DNA from: Atractiella rhizophila
Taxonomy: Eukaryota
Assembly (NCBI GenBank): GCA_021432655.1
Contig: MU271559.1
Location: forward strand, 1 to 44,605
Reading direction: 5' to 3'
DNA: 44,605 bases
Translations under genes and position numbers: made by a program
In this document: positions 11,999-24,986 of the stretch, one piece after another
Numbering within the stretch: position 1 is the stretch's first letter
Layout: every line of letters begins with the position of its first letter
Notes under the pieces: model-generated
What the model saw: only the letters and a program-made list of their open reading frames with translations
Databases searched by the model: none
Told to the model about the DNA's origin: nothing

Positions 11999-13729
11999 TC
12001 TTGATGAAGATTATCGGTATGCCTGGAGTGTGGGTATTGGGGTTGTTGGTGTCTCAAGGAAAAATAAAAAATAACGAAGAAGTGTAGATTACTGAAACTG
12101 GAAGGTAATAATGTAATAAGGAGGGAGGACTACTTAGACGTTGGCGACGCTGCGTCGTGGTGGAAGAGCGAAGAAGTTCGGTTCGGAGGAGCGTTGCGGG
12201 AAATCAACGTCGCTGTCTTCCAGAACAGGCAACTCTGCTCAACTTCAGAGTTTGATCGACTGAGATGAACCCAGATCGACGTCTGTCCTTTGTCTTTATC
12301 GTCGGCTCTGTCGTCGGCTTTTATCCTTTGAACCACTTTCTTTGTCGCCCTTTGTCTTTGGTCTCTCTGCTCCCCTTTTGTCGAGATATTTGGGGAGCTC
12401 AGTGCATCGGAATGATCGTCCTACTTCTGCGCCACATGCTTCTTCAATCAGCTTCAATTCAAGTTGCAAGTTGGGTTCTGGCAAGTGGAAGAAGTCCGCC
12501 TTCCAAATGCGACGTGATAGTGGCTGTGCCACTATTCTCGACTATGAAGCCTTGAGAAGCAGTTGAGAAGGGCGGAAATCATTGAGAGTATATAGAAGCT
12601 TGATCAGGGACCGTAACTAGAGCGGCGACTTATCAAATCCTCTCCCTCCGCTGTGTTCCCTTCCCATATCAAGTTGTTCTTCACACAGCTCCTCGACATT
12701 TGGAGGGTGGGTTAGACTATTTTCTGTCAGATTTCGGTGGTGATCAAGGCGGGCCGTATCTCCCTCTGGTCGATCATGCATCAGTTGCACCTTCAAAAGA
12801 GAGTGGTTCTCGTGCTAGGCTCGATAGCTGACTAAGGAGCGATAGTTTGTGACCTTGTTCATCTTGAGGAAGTCACCGAGGAGCGATAGGTAACTCCTTG
12901 AGGGGACGTCGTTTTATTCTCAGTCAAAGAAGGTGCTTGTTCTGAAGCAGTACGACGTATGACAGACCCCTTCAGGTCATCACCAAAAATTTTCTCTCAC
13001 AATTATCTCAGACCCATCTGAGCTGTGAATTCCTGAAGAGTACAAGATCGAACTTACACTGCGCCGCGTGCAAACCAGAAAACCTGCCAGAAGGAAGTGA
13101 AAAAGGTCGAAAGTTCTGGCTACATCATGAACACGAACGGGCTCCAAACTCAATGTTGAGCGAAAAGGACGTGAGAGAATCCTGGTAAGTTACTGTACAA
13201 CCTTCTTTGATGAAAAGGATGAAGGACACGTTGTATCTCACCAAGAGGGGATCGTTCCATTCGAGGGATTGGTTGCGAATAAAAATTGGCTCCCCGACAG
13301 AAGAAGCTATCAGGATTGTGACTGCTCAGTTTCTCAACTGGGATGGCGAGTCAGCATATCAGCATATTTCATTTTACCAGCTACTAGCTATTCCTGCAAT
13401 TCATTATCACAAAATGAGACGGTTAAGTATGATAGAAGAAGACCAGCATTAAAGAAAGAGAAAACACGTGAAGGTAAAACACGTAAAACCGAAGCACAAT
13501 TTGCAATCCACCTTTGATCCTTTCAAACCTTTGTGAACTTAATCAATTTTCTGACACGACTGACTTGGTTCATCGTAATCAAAAAAGAAGAGGCGAAAGA
13601 AATAAGTTATGGATTGCAATGCCACATTTTGACGCTTTTCCTTCAACAAACAGGTAACCATTACAGAAATCGACAAACAAATAAGTGGAGACACACGAAG
13701 GAACTAAAGAGATTAGGGCGACGGTGTGA

Positions 13730-16706
13730 TCAGATTTCCAGTTCCGTTTTGATGTCGCCATTACTCGGATTGGGAGGATGAGGGAAAGTGGCAGGGAGGA
13801 AAGCAGCAATTTCATCTTCTATTCTTGAAGGTCCAGAATGTCCGTTCGTCGAGGGGAGGAATACAGCAATGTCTGTCGAATTCTGATTCTGTTGGGCTGG
13901 CTGAGAGCTGGTTGATTGGGCATGGAGATCGGTATGATATCCGTTTTGAGGAGCTGTAGGCTTGATGTCAACATCCATACCGTTCCGCCAAACTGTCTTC
14001 TCAACAGTTACCATTACCGTCCTCTTCTCCAGCACCGTATTCCCTTCTTCGTCTAGCCCGAACCTCTTCGTAACCGTGTTATTTGTGATGTTCGTTGTGA
14101 CGGTTGCTTCTCTTGCACCAAGATCTTGCCTTCCTGGATCTACCCTCATCTCTACCCTCTCGGTATGTTGTACCGGTAAAGTCTCCCTCGATATTATCTC
14201 CCCTTCATGTGACGCTTTCTTTCCCTTTAGGGCCTTCTTCTTCGCTCTCCCTCCTTCCGCCGAATCTTCTATCACACTCAGGCGTCTCTTTTTCGACAGC
14301 GCTTCAGACACCACCGACCCTTGACGCTTCTGAGCGGAAACTGTAGAGGCGGAGCGACGCCGTTTATCAACTTCGAGATCATCTCCATCATCATCATCTC
14401 CCAACGCGTCCACGACAAGATCCTTGAAATGTTGGACGAAATCCGCGGGGCTCATCGTCTCCTCCTCCAGCTTATCGTGAGGCACAGACTCCCTCGCAAT
14501 CCTTCTCTCGTTCGCACTCACGTCCGTCGCTTTCTTGCCATCCAGACGTCGGACCTGTTCGAAGAGGAAACGAGCAAGGTGCTTCAGACCTTTGAGCACT
14601 CGAACGTTGATGTCGGCTGGGAGAGGGGCGGGAGGATCGGTCTCTTTGCGTTTGCGGAGGCGTGCGGCGTACGACAGCGCTACATACCAACAAAGGCGTT
14701 CGTATTGAGGGAAACGGAATTTCTTGGGCACCTTCGTGACCACCTCAATATCGTAGACTCGCATCTGCGTTCCGATGTTGAGACTAGCATAATTATCAGT
14801 GGCTGAGTTGTAGAGACAGCTTAGAAGTTACCTGTGAAGGAAGTTCCCACCAATGACGAGAGAATCGGTGGGCGTATACTATGAAGATCATGAGCGATTG
14901 GTTCCAAATTAATTTGACTGAAGACAGACGACTGCATGAATCCATCCTGTAGGAATGATAGCTGTTGATCCTTGAGGCAGATCTAATCTGTAGACTTTGT
15001 CGACCTCACCACCTAGCCAGCTATTCTCTTGTTGTTCGGTGCTGGAGCTCCACTTCTCGTACTTCTTCAAATTTTCTGGAGTCGGTCGGATGAAATAAAA
15101 CACTTTTGACCCTCGAAGAATATGGTAGAACACCTGAATAAAGGTCAACGCGTATCATGCAAGTAGATGAGCAGAATCGTACTGAGGATCCGGCAAAGTC
15201 AATGTGCCAATCCTGCGGAAGTGTCAGAATGGACTCAGCAGAGCCGAAGATAACTCACTGTCCAGCAGTGGCTGACGCTCATAAGGCAATATTTTTGAAC
15301 CTTCGGGTACTGTCCTGGGCCACGTCGGTCTTCAGGCCAGAAGTTCGTGACCCAGTCCAATTTCCTAACTAGGGTTCAGTATGGTGTCCTACTGCATTCA
15401 AGGACGAACGAACCTGACGGGTTCCGGCATTTCAATTTTCTCTCCTAGCTTTGACTCACTAACCTCTAGACTGATTACATTTCGGATTTTGTCTCGAGGT
15501 CGCGAATCGTTGTAGTATTGTGCCCAGCGTCCAACCGTCCAGTCTTTCAGCCCAGTCTGGCTTGCAACATCAATGACCTAAAAGCAATTAAATAATTTCT
15601 AGCATCAAGCAATGATAATTACCTCTACCGGAGTGTCAGGGCCTGCGGTGAACCAGTCATTGACAAATAAATGTGCCAGATAAAAGCATACCAACAATCT
15701 CAGCAACCTCTCGCACTGTCAAGTTCTGCGGCAACTCCATCCCGACTCCCTTCATTCCTTGTCTGATAACGATTGGGTGGCTCATCCCACTTTCATCCTC
15801 ATCAAAGTCATCTTTTCCATCCTCGCTCTCGGTCTCGCTTCCTTCCTTCTTGTCCACCTTTTTTGTATCACCGTTGGCGTTTCCCCTGAATCCTCGTCCC
15901 CAAATCCAATCCTCCAGCCCTTCTCCATCCTCCCACTTCCAACTCTGAGGCAGCTGATCTGTGGTAACAACGTTTCTGCGTCCGTTCGTTGAGTTCTCCA
16001 ACAGCTTGACCCAGCGACCTGGGTCGGACTCAATTCCTTGATTCAAGTTGGAATAGTTGATCTGAGGCATTCCCGCATTTCGTGCTGACTTTCGTGGTGG
16101 TGCTCGAAAGGTAATTTTGAGGTCTGGGATGGAGTCCAAGCAGGGCGAGCAGTACCACTGTCCCATTGTTGGTTAATATCCAGTATGACTTCAGAAGAGA
16201 CTTTCGCACCTTATCGACGGTATCAAGGGAGTCTTTAGGATTCTCATTGACACACGACCAATGATACCACGTTGTGCAGCTGCCACAAAATCAAAAAGAT
16301 TAGGATACATTTTGAATTCACCATGAATGCCAACCAGGTTAAAGAAAACGTGCAGGCTACCCGATAACAAAATGAACGATGCAGATAGCATAAAAGTAAC
16401 AGGATAAATCAGATGTGTGACTTTCACATCTTTCTAAGCCGCTGCAAGCTCTTTAATTTGGAGGAGGTCATCCCATACCCTTGAACCATTAGACGACCAA
16501 CCATACCCCCCAAAACCTAAAGAGACGGACCTTTCACACTCAACCCAAACATCCTTCCCAGTCTGAACAGCATCCTTCTTGGCCTGAGCTTTAGCGGCTC
16601 GCGTCTTTGACCTGCCTTTCGAGATTGAGCCTACGGATGCTTCTTCCGTGATACACTTCGGACAAGCCTCTGGTAGCTCTTGGTGGGGAGTGGCGGTTTT
16701 GGGCAT
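13730..16706 (-). CDS. JHD1: PHD + JmjC histone demethylase (JHD1/KDM2-like, probably H3K36)
   Basis: PHD finger CPKC...WVECESCTTWYHWSC...WYCSPC. JmjC motifs WHIDFAGSSVFYHILRGSKVFYFI and [23 protein letters not shown]. Then KVPKKFRFPQYERLCWY. Confidence 0.92.
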
Positions 16707-16882
16707 GCCTAAATGTTCGAAGGCTGTCTTCCACAGATATAACCAAGTTTCCTACGTTCCTTGTTTGCCGGGAAGTTTCCGAGATGACTTGTGGATTACA
16801 TCGGCAATTTCCCTTTTTGGAGTTTGCAAGGAGGACGCATCACGTGCACTCTTATCCTTTGTCGCGTTCGTGTAAAACGGCC
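16707..16882. promoter_or_regulatory. Putative compact bidirectional promoter between the JHD1-like and HOS3-like genes
   Basis: Only 176 bp separate the divergent ATGs at 16706 (-) and 16883 (+). Confidence 0.6.
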
Positions 16883-19127
16883 ATGTCGTCCCCAGATTCA
16901 ACTCCAACTTCTGCTGAGAAGGATCTATTAGTCGCCCAAAGTGAAGATACATCTTTCAGTTCACTCTCAAACGCCTTTACCGCATTGCACCTCAAGTCTC
17001 CATCACCCCAAGACCAAAAGAGAGAAGATCCCACCATTGGATACAAGGAGCTTGGAGACAGAGAAACGGCATCTGAGTCTTTAACACTCTCAAGCTTTGA
17101 TCATGGCACGATTTTTAATGCAAACACAAGGGACGATGCAGCCGCACTTACCCTACCCACAAGCCCACGCACCGCCGTGATCTTCCAGCCTTCTTGTCTC
17201 CTTCACAAGTTCTTGCGTTCTTCAGATCCCGGAGACGTGTCTATGTTTCCAGAAAGACCTGAGCGTTTACGAGCGATCAAGGTTGGAACAGCGGCGATTG
17301 TAGGACGATTGCTTGCTTCAGCTTCAGCCGTAGATTTTCAAGGTACCAAATGGTCGGAACACCAGGCAGGTGACACCATAGACAGCCTTTCTGCAGGATT
17401 GAAAAACCTTGACGTCGCTGAAGGAGCAAGCAAAAGCCGAAAACGGAAGTTTCTAGACATGATCGGAGTTCAACAACCGTTCGACATCCTTTCGTCTCCT
17501 CGCCTCACCTCTTTCCGCGATCCCGCTCTTCTCTACGTCCACCAAGGCCTAAGTACCGACATCGATACTACAACTTCAAAGGAACACACGTCTTATCCAT
17601 CTCAACTTGAATCCTGGTGCCTCAAAGCACCAGCCTCCGCCCCAACCTCCTCAACACCTCACGAGCTCGAAATTCCACCTTATCTCCCTTCCGGAGATTT
17701 ATATCTGGCTAGATCCTCCTCCCTTGCCATTCGCGGTTCGTTGGGGGCGATGGCAGACGCAAATGATTTGGTTTTCTCACCTGAGTCCACGCATGATAAG
17801 AGCTTCGTTGCGGTAAGACCCCCAGGCCATCATTGTGGGGAGAGCAATCCCCAGGGATTCTGTTGGGTGAACACTGTCGCTTTTGGCATTGTGGATGCTT
17901 ATATGCGACATGGAGTCAACAAAGCCATTATTTTTGATATTGACTTACACCGCGAGTCTTTTTTTCGGACAGAGCTAAGCAAACACGCTCATTTCATGAT
18001 TATTTAGATGGAAATGGAACGCAAGAGGTTGCTTGGGAAATAAATCGACGATATACTCAAGCTGTTTCGACTGCAAAGAAAGGAACACCAAAGAAAGGGA
18101 AGGAAGACACTCCCAAAAGTGTTCTGCAGGTCTTTTACGGCAGCTTACATGACATCAATTCTTACCGTGAGTCTATTAGCGCTGCTCAATATCCTCCGTT
18201 AACAACGTTTATAGCGTGTGAAGCTGGGCTGGACGAATTTGTCATCCCTGCATCCACAAACATTTCTGGAGGGCCAACAAACCAGTACATATCCAACGTT
18301 CACCTTGAGCCGTACAAGGATGCGAACGATTTCTACGAGCGTCTTTATCCTACGTATTGGGCAGGTTTGGGCGGGAAAGCTTTGGAATTCTTACGGAAAA
18401 CAAACACAACAGAGTTGGACAAAGTTGGAATTTGGATAAGCGCTGGTGCATTATCTCCTTATTTCACTTTTATGATTGCTGACACTGATGTGTAGGCTTT
18501 GATGCTTCCGAATTTGAGATGGACACAATGTCTCGCCACAAAGTAAAGGTACCCACCTCTTTCTACTCCAGGATCGCTAGAGATACGGTTATTCTTTCGC
18601 ACACCATACCTACCATTTTCTCCTCTGCTGCGAACTTTAGCCAGGCATCTCTCAAGCGCAGCGCACGACGGACCGCACCACCCTCTCAAGAAACAAAACC
18701 TTTTCGTCGTCCCTCAATCATATCTGTGCTAGAAGGTGGCTATTCTGATAGAGCGCTTACTAGCGGGGTTGCAAGCCTATTGCAGGGATTAGTCTGGGAG
18801 GAGGTTGGAGGGTCGATGGATGAAGAAAAGGAAGAATGGTGGGCTGCGAAAGAATGGCTGAAGCTCGAGAAGGCTTGTGCTCCTGCCCATGAGGAGAATG
18901 GAGACACGCCGAAGAGGAAAGCGAGGCAGGTGAAGAGGGATGATTGGGTTGAGTATGCGAAAGCTATCTTCGCGGAATTGGAGAAGGAGGTTAGCGAGAC
19001 GACGGGAATGATGAAGGATGAGCTTGAGAAGGAACGGCCAATACAAACACCTCAGACCGATAAACCAGTTGCGTTCCCCGTCAAGAAGATTCGATTGGTT
19101 CGAAAGCAAGACCAATCACAGTCATAG
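16883..19127 (+). CDS. HOS3: Histone deacetylase, HOS3-like
   Basis: Motifs FPERPERLRAI, VRPPGHHC, GFCWVN, DIDLH|HGNGTQ (across a GC-AG intron at 17952-18007), LQVFYGSLHDINSYPCE, ISAGFDASEFE, ISVLEGGYSDRAL. Confidence 0.88.
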
Positions 19128-19497
19128 ATTTGATGTGATTCAGTCTACCTTTCTTGTGTTTACCGTTGCCTTGTATATTTCACAGTCTGTTTTGAAATGA
19201 CGTTCAACTTTGTATATTCGTTGGCACCGTAGTCGTGAACCTGGGTGAGACCTACTTTCAGCCAGTGTCCAAGAGTTTGTCGTTCTAATACTGCATTCCT
19301 CCTGCTGTAATTTCGCAGCGGATCTTCGATGAGATGCCCTGGAGATGCAGCGGACGGACCATCTATCCCCTACCAAGTCACCTTTTCTGCGGACGGCCAC
19401 CTTCACAGCCTTGCGTGTCACGAAGGTGGAGGTATAAGAACTACCGAATCTCTACAGAAGGAATTGCATCAACGCAAGTAAACCTGAGGTGGTGAAG

Positions 19498-20438
19498 ATG
19501 AGCATTCCAACGCCAAATCGAGCTAGCTATCTCCTTGTAAGCGCCCTTTAGACTCGGAGCTGAGGGAACTGATGAGAACGATACCTATGTACGTAGACTC
19601 CGGAATCACCACAAATTTTGTCTGCAGATGTTTTGAGGCCTAACGCAATCTTGCTCGTTCGAGACTTTGATGGAACGAAGGGACGTTCCTCATTTGAAGT
19701 CACGGCAGTCTGTGCCCGGATCTACATTTGTACGTTTCTACCACGAACTCGTGAGAGCTCGAGAGCAGCTTATTCACCACTACCTTAGATAAAGCAAGCA
19801 ACTTGACACTGAACTTCAAACCCAACTTCCGGCTGCTCGCTTCCACGCTCGAGCTCCATGAATCCCACAATGTTTCTCTCAACTTCTCTCCACTGTTCAC
19901 CGAACCTCCCATATCGCTCTTCTCCTTCGATCATCCAGCTCATTCCATCAACGTTCACTTTGGCAAGAAGGAACTTCTGAAGGACGTCAGCATCGTTGTT
20001 TGTTTAAAGAAAGGATATGTCGAGAAGATGCAGGCTGGCCAAGGAGCAGAAGATGATGGATCAGGCTTCAAAGACTTCATGGTGTCTTATGATCCATCAG
20101 AAGCAGCTCCGTCGCCTTCAGTCAACGAACCGTGGCACTCGCCCTCGCTGAAACTCACTTCTCCGGATGGCATGCTAACCGATGACGTGCTTCGGATCGT
20201 TTCCTATCCCTCAGTGCAACAGATGGGTGAAGGACAATATTCGCTGCGTTTGTTGGAAGAAAAGAGGTGGGAGTTTCGTTGGCTCAAAAGGGACAAGATG
20301 GAGTATTTTGAACTGCACCCCGAACAAAGAAAGGGTCTATTGAACGACAAAGTCAAGGACAGGATTGATAAGGGTGTTCAGCAGTATTCAGAGGGAAAGT
20401 CCTTTGAGGAAATTGCGAAAGACATGAAAAAGGAGTGA
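19498..20438 (+). CDS. Hypothetical protein (3 exons)
   Basis: ATG at 19498 (MSIPTPNRASYLL). Introns starting gtaagc and gtacgt join in frame to the long ORF ending ...SFEEIAKDMKKE*. No family recognised. Confidence 0.7.
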
Positions 20439-20761
20439 GTGTATGGCGATTCGTAGTGCAAGGGAGTTTTGGTGTGTTGAATCTCTGCTTGTATCATTGT
20501 CAATCCAAATTGTCATTGTTTTGCTGCAATCATTCTGACTGGATTACAACATGCCAAACATGCCCGCTCCAGATGCAGGATATGAAAAGGATGGTGAAGT
20601 ATGGTGACCCTCGTAATGATAAATTTATAGGAACAATATCTGCTTTCGCAGCCAACCAGAGCTCCCTCAATCGCCCTCAAGTCAGTTCACACTGGGTTCA
20701 GCAAAGTCTTCAGCGAAGAAACCCAGAAGTTTGAAGCCAGAAATGCCGGTTCCTGACAGAC

Positions 20762-20807
20762 TGACGTCGCGATATATGACGTCATTTTTTGCCTGCCTGA
20801 TATAAAA
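20762..20807 (+). promoter_or_regulatory. CRE/ATF-like sites plus TATA box upstream of the OM14-like gene
   Basis: TGACGTCG at 20762-20769, perfect TGACGTCA at 20777-20784, TATAAAA at 20801-20807, about 100 bp before the ATG. Confidence 0.5.
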
Positions 20808-20906
20808 GGGCACAACTTCCTCAGCTCACTCAACGACCAGCAACGATCAACTGAACAACCAAAGCAACTTGTACAAGTCCTCTCGCTTATTTACAATCAT
20901 CACACC

Positions 20907-21511
20907 ATGTCCTACGCAGACGCCGCATCCAAAAATACTGGGGGAGACCACGGCGTCCAGCCCGTAAGTAACCTGTTTCCTTCCCTCCCACGTCTCAGAG
21001 CTCATGCAGACTGTAACAATCCAGGACCCTGTGTTCCTGGACGATAAAGACACGGATGCCCTTCGTCGAAAAGCTCAAGACCTGAAGGCGGAAGGGAAGG
21101 CAGAGCTGGATGCAGCAGAAGCAAAAGCGGAGAAGGAGCGGAAAGAATTTTTGAAGCGAGAGAAGGAGCTGGAAAAGAAAGCGAGGGCCGAATATGAGAA
21201 GGGGAAGGCTAAGGCTAAGGAGTATGGAAGGGAGGGAAGGGATGAGTTCAATAGGCATCCTGCTGTCTACACCACAGCTCTTAGCGCTCGTGAGTTCCTC
21301 TTCCTTGTCTATCAGCAAGGACTGGTTTTGATTGGCTGAATGTGACGTAGTGAACGTTGCGATCGTTGGCGGCGTTGCATATTGGAGCTATCAAAATTGG
21401 GACAGGACATGGGACAGGAAACTCGTTACGGCGAGCGCGATTGGTTTAGGAGCATGGTTTAGTCTTCAAGGCTGGCTGGTTGAGAAGCTGGGCATCGAGC
21501 AGAGGCAGTAA
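20907..21511 (+). CDS. Mitochondrial outer-membrane OM14-like protein
   Basis: MSYADAASKN start and a charged helical middle. C-terminus ALNVAIVGGVAYWSYQNWDRTWDRKLVTASAIGLGAWFSLQGWL has two hydrophobic segments. Two GT-AG introns. Confidence 0.7.
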
Positions 21512-21824
21512 ATCAATGGACCAAATTCGAGTTTTATTTGACGCATCAGTGTAAAGTTATAAACGTTTTTTGTAATCGATCTGCTCTCTCCATCCTCACC
21601 TTTCTCCCGACTCAGTTTTTTGAACGACAGCACAGTGAGTGTAATGGTGATGACGAGCAAAGATACAGAAAGAGAGAGTTTTGATTGTCCGCGTATGTTA
21701 AACGAGTTCAAAAATAGGTTCAGGGTTCAACGAAGAACATCTCACCCTTCGTTGAACCCTCACGAAATCCAAAGGGCACGAATTTTCCATGCAACAAGCA
21801 CAGCTCTGTCCATCATCAAAGCAT

Positions 21825-24127
21825 TCAAAGCATCAAAGCAGCTGCAACAACCACGCCTACGGCCCCAACGAGGCTCACTCCGACACGTCCAGCCGCAGCC
21901 TTCTCGTTGTCCGATGTTGAGTTACCCTTCTTCGGCGACGAATTGCCGGTGGTGGTCGCATTGGTAGCTGTCGAAGCAGACGAAGAGGTGGTGGAAGTGG
22001 TGGAAGAGGAATCCGTGTCAGCTGTGTCGACAGCAGTGGCGGTGATGGCGAGGTTGAGTTTGGCGGCTGAGATCTTTGGGTTCTGCAAGACTCCTCCGGT
22101 CAATTTGCCCGCCGTGTACTCTTGGAAGGTCGGGTAGGAGAGAGAGACGTCCCGGTAGACCTGAGTGTTGTTGGTGCACGTAGCAATTGGGACGATGTGC
22201 TTGAAGTTCTTTTGGATGCTGGGATACCTGTGTTCGATTGTTAGATGCTTTGTGTACTCTTTGCATACTTGGGGAGGATGGAAATAAAGACGCACTCGCC
22301 AATCCAAGTAGGCATATCTTCAGCTGGCATTTCGTGATCGAGAACGATGGTACCCGTTGTATCAAAGTTCTTTGCGAAGATCCTAACATCTCGATATCAG
22401 CATTGATGCACAATGAGTCGAAGAAAACTGCGAAACAACGAACCCGTCAAAGTTCTTCTTAATCTCAGGAATGATCTTTGCGCCACCATCCTGAATCTTC
22501 CAATCGAAGGTATCTGCCACACCTTGATCAGCTACTTCCTCCTTGCTAAACCAACGGCAAGCGTACCATTGTCCCAAAGATTGGTGCTCAAACCCAACGC
22601 TTCCGCAATGGCGCGCACTCGGTTGTCCACATCTCCGAAAGGAGGTCGCCTGTGAAAATGAGAGTCTTAGCTCTTCGGCGTTTCCGAAGTGAGGGAATAG
22701 CATACCAGCTGTCGCAGAAAGATTCCCGTCAGCCATGGATCAGTGAAATGAGGAGGTGGATATGACGAACCAGGTCACTGTAACACCGACGACTTGCTTG
22801 ATGGCTTTTATGGGATAGTAAAGTTCAGCAAAGAGCTGGTCATTGCTCAACGATGTCATGTACTGGATCGGTAGGTCTCAGTACCAATGCAGCCACAGAG
22901 GAGGAAAGGGGTGACAGACGTTGTGACTACATGACATTACTGGTTTTAGTGATTGCGGATGGGAGAAGAAGAACAACGAACCTCCAGGTGTGGTGGCAGA
23001 TCTCGTGTCCATCAGTTGCTGCCCTTTGAGCTTGTTTGGGCAAGGTAAGAACATTCCCACCTAAACCATTCGATTCGGCTCAGCACTTCTGCAGAGTGTT
23101 CGAAAGTAGTACTAACCAATGAAGAACATGGTAGCAAGCTGTTTATTATCTGCCAAAAAGTCGTACAGCTTGTCGTGGGAGCAAGATGGTCCCTAGATAC
23201 CGCATCCCAAAGTCCGTACAGTCAACTATGAATAGACAATGACATCGACGGAGAAGGTAGACGAACATCATCAAAGGACAATCCCTGTTACGGCGCAGTC
23301 GTCAGAATATCTATAAAAGGGCAAGGGAAGTGGAAAAGGGAGACATACCCAAGTTGAAGGCTCGGAACAGGTGTACACATCTGGACGGATATATTTCTCC
23401 TTGGGCACCTTGCACGTCGTATCTTTTCAAATCAACATAGAATAGACAGTCCATCAGCGACCAGCTGGCCTCACAGGGGAAATTGAAGAAGAGGACGCAC
23501 ATGTCCACCAACAATCTGGATCCTTAGTTCCGTCGTATTTGACCTTGGAGAAGTCACCGTAGAGCTCAGGACTGCCCTTCGGCTTGATAGCAAGCGCATC
23601 CTATCGTTCCATTCTTTCGTCAGAACAAGCTGCAGGATGAAACTTACTAAGGAAAGATGTTACAAACCTTGTATGTCTCGTTGGCTTGAATTGCAGCCCA
23701 GACTTTGGCAGCTTCTGTGTCGCCCTTGGGGATGGTCGCGATTTGGAACGCTTTCTATATCCACAACTGCCATCAGCAATCTGGTTACGAGATGACAAAG
23801 AAGGGAAGGAGATAAAAATAGAGAGAGAGAGAGAAGGGATACAAAGTGATAGAATAGGAAAAGAAGAAAAAGAAGGAAAGAAAGGGGAAGACGTACAGGA
23901 AATCCGCCCACGATATCAGTTATCAAACTCGACTGATCCTCTGTGCAGGCATTATTATCCGACGTGGCACGTTTCAACCACTCCTGATACTTTCCAGCCA
24001 AGTTGAGCGATGGGTCAGACCTTTTCAATGCGCGCTCGATACCTCCATGATGATGGCCGTGGCCGTGGGAGCCGTGAGCGTTGACAGTTGCGCTGGAGAC
24101 GGCGAAGAGAAGGAGAGGCAAGAACAT
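21825..24127 (-). CDS. Chitin deacetylase (CE4/NodB), secreted, probably GPI-anchored
   Basis: Signal peptide. Motifs [48 protein letters not shown]. Ser/Thr-rich stalk and a hydrophobic C-terminus ([14 protein letters not shown]). Confidence 0.93.
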
Positions 24128-24986
24128 GATGGTATTGGTATTCGCGAGAATTGTTATTATTGCAAAGGAGCGAAGTGATTAGTTGGTTGTAGAAAGAGCG
24201 TAGATGGCGTCTAGCTGGTGATGAGGGATACTTGTTTAAGAAAAGTGGCGGCCTTCGTTCTTATCGAGCGAGAAACGGCGTCAGATTGAACTGAGAAAGG
24301 TTCCAGAAGAGTCGTGGGAAAGGAGGTCGCTGACTCCAACTCCAATGGACGATGGACGGGACAAGTCGAAGATATTACTGTAGCGGGAGAGGTCAACTGG
24401 AAAGGAAGGCAGACGATTTATGAGAAACAGCGGAAATGAAGGGGACAACGCAGCAAAAAAAGTGGGAAAAGCGAAAAACCTTTTCGGTGAATCTAACGCT
24501 TTCGCGCGGGATCGAGTAACATTGCATAAGGCGGGCTAACCAACGCACGCTTTGCGTGACAGCGCCGTTCCTTTGTCCTGCCGTTGTCAGGCAGCTAGAG
24601 ACTGCCAAGCAGAAGAGCCAGCTTCCAGGAAAGTGCTCCTCGGGCTATATTTAGATCAGCGGGCGAGTAGTGCGTTGTGCATTGTCTGTGCGCGTTTGAC
24701 TTGACGTGACTAGCACGAACTGGAAAAACTAAGGGTCGTTCTCTCGCTTCTCCTGGCGTATATTACTAGCACTTAGCAAATGATCAATGAAGCTATTGCT
24801 GAGCGAATGCAATCCATGATAGCAGGTTCTGACCTGAGTTTGACTACGAGAAATCTGCAAGGTATTTCATTCATTCCACAGAAAGAGTAGCAACACACAC
24901 CAGATTTTTTCTCAGTCTTTCTGCACGACTTGACATACACAATCCGTTTCCCAACAGTCTAACATGTAGATAGTGACATCGATAGC

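Noticed and set aside
16405..16476. Possible C/D snoRNA in the JHD1 intron (GGGATGA...CTGA)
   Set aside because: Imperfect C box, no terminal stem, and no rRNA guide I could identify.
23795..23890. Purine-rich / (GA)n tract
   Set aside because: Ordinary intronic pyrimidine tract of the minus-strand chitin deacetylase gene.
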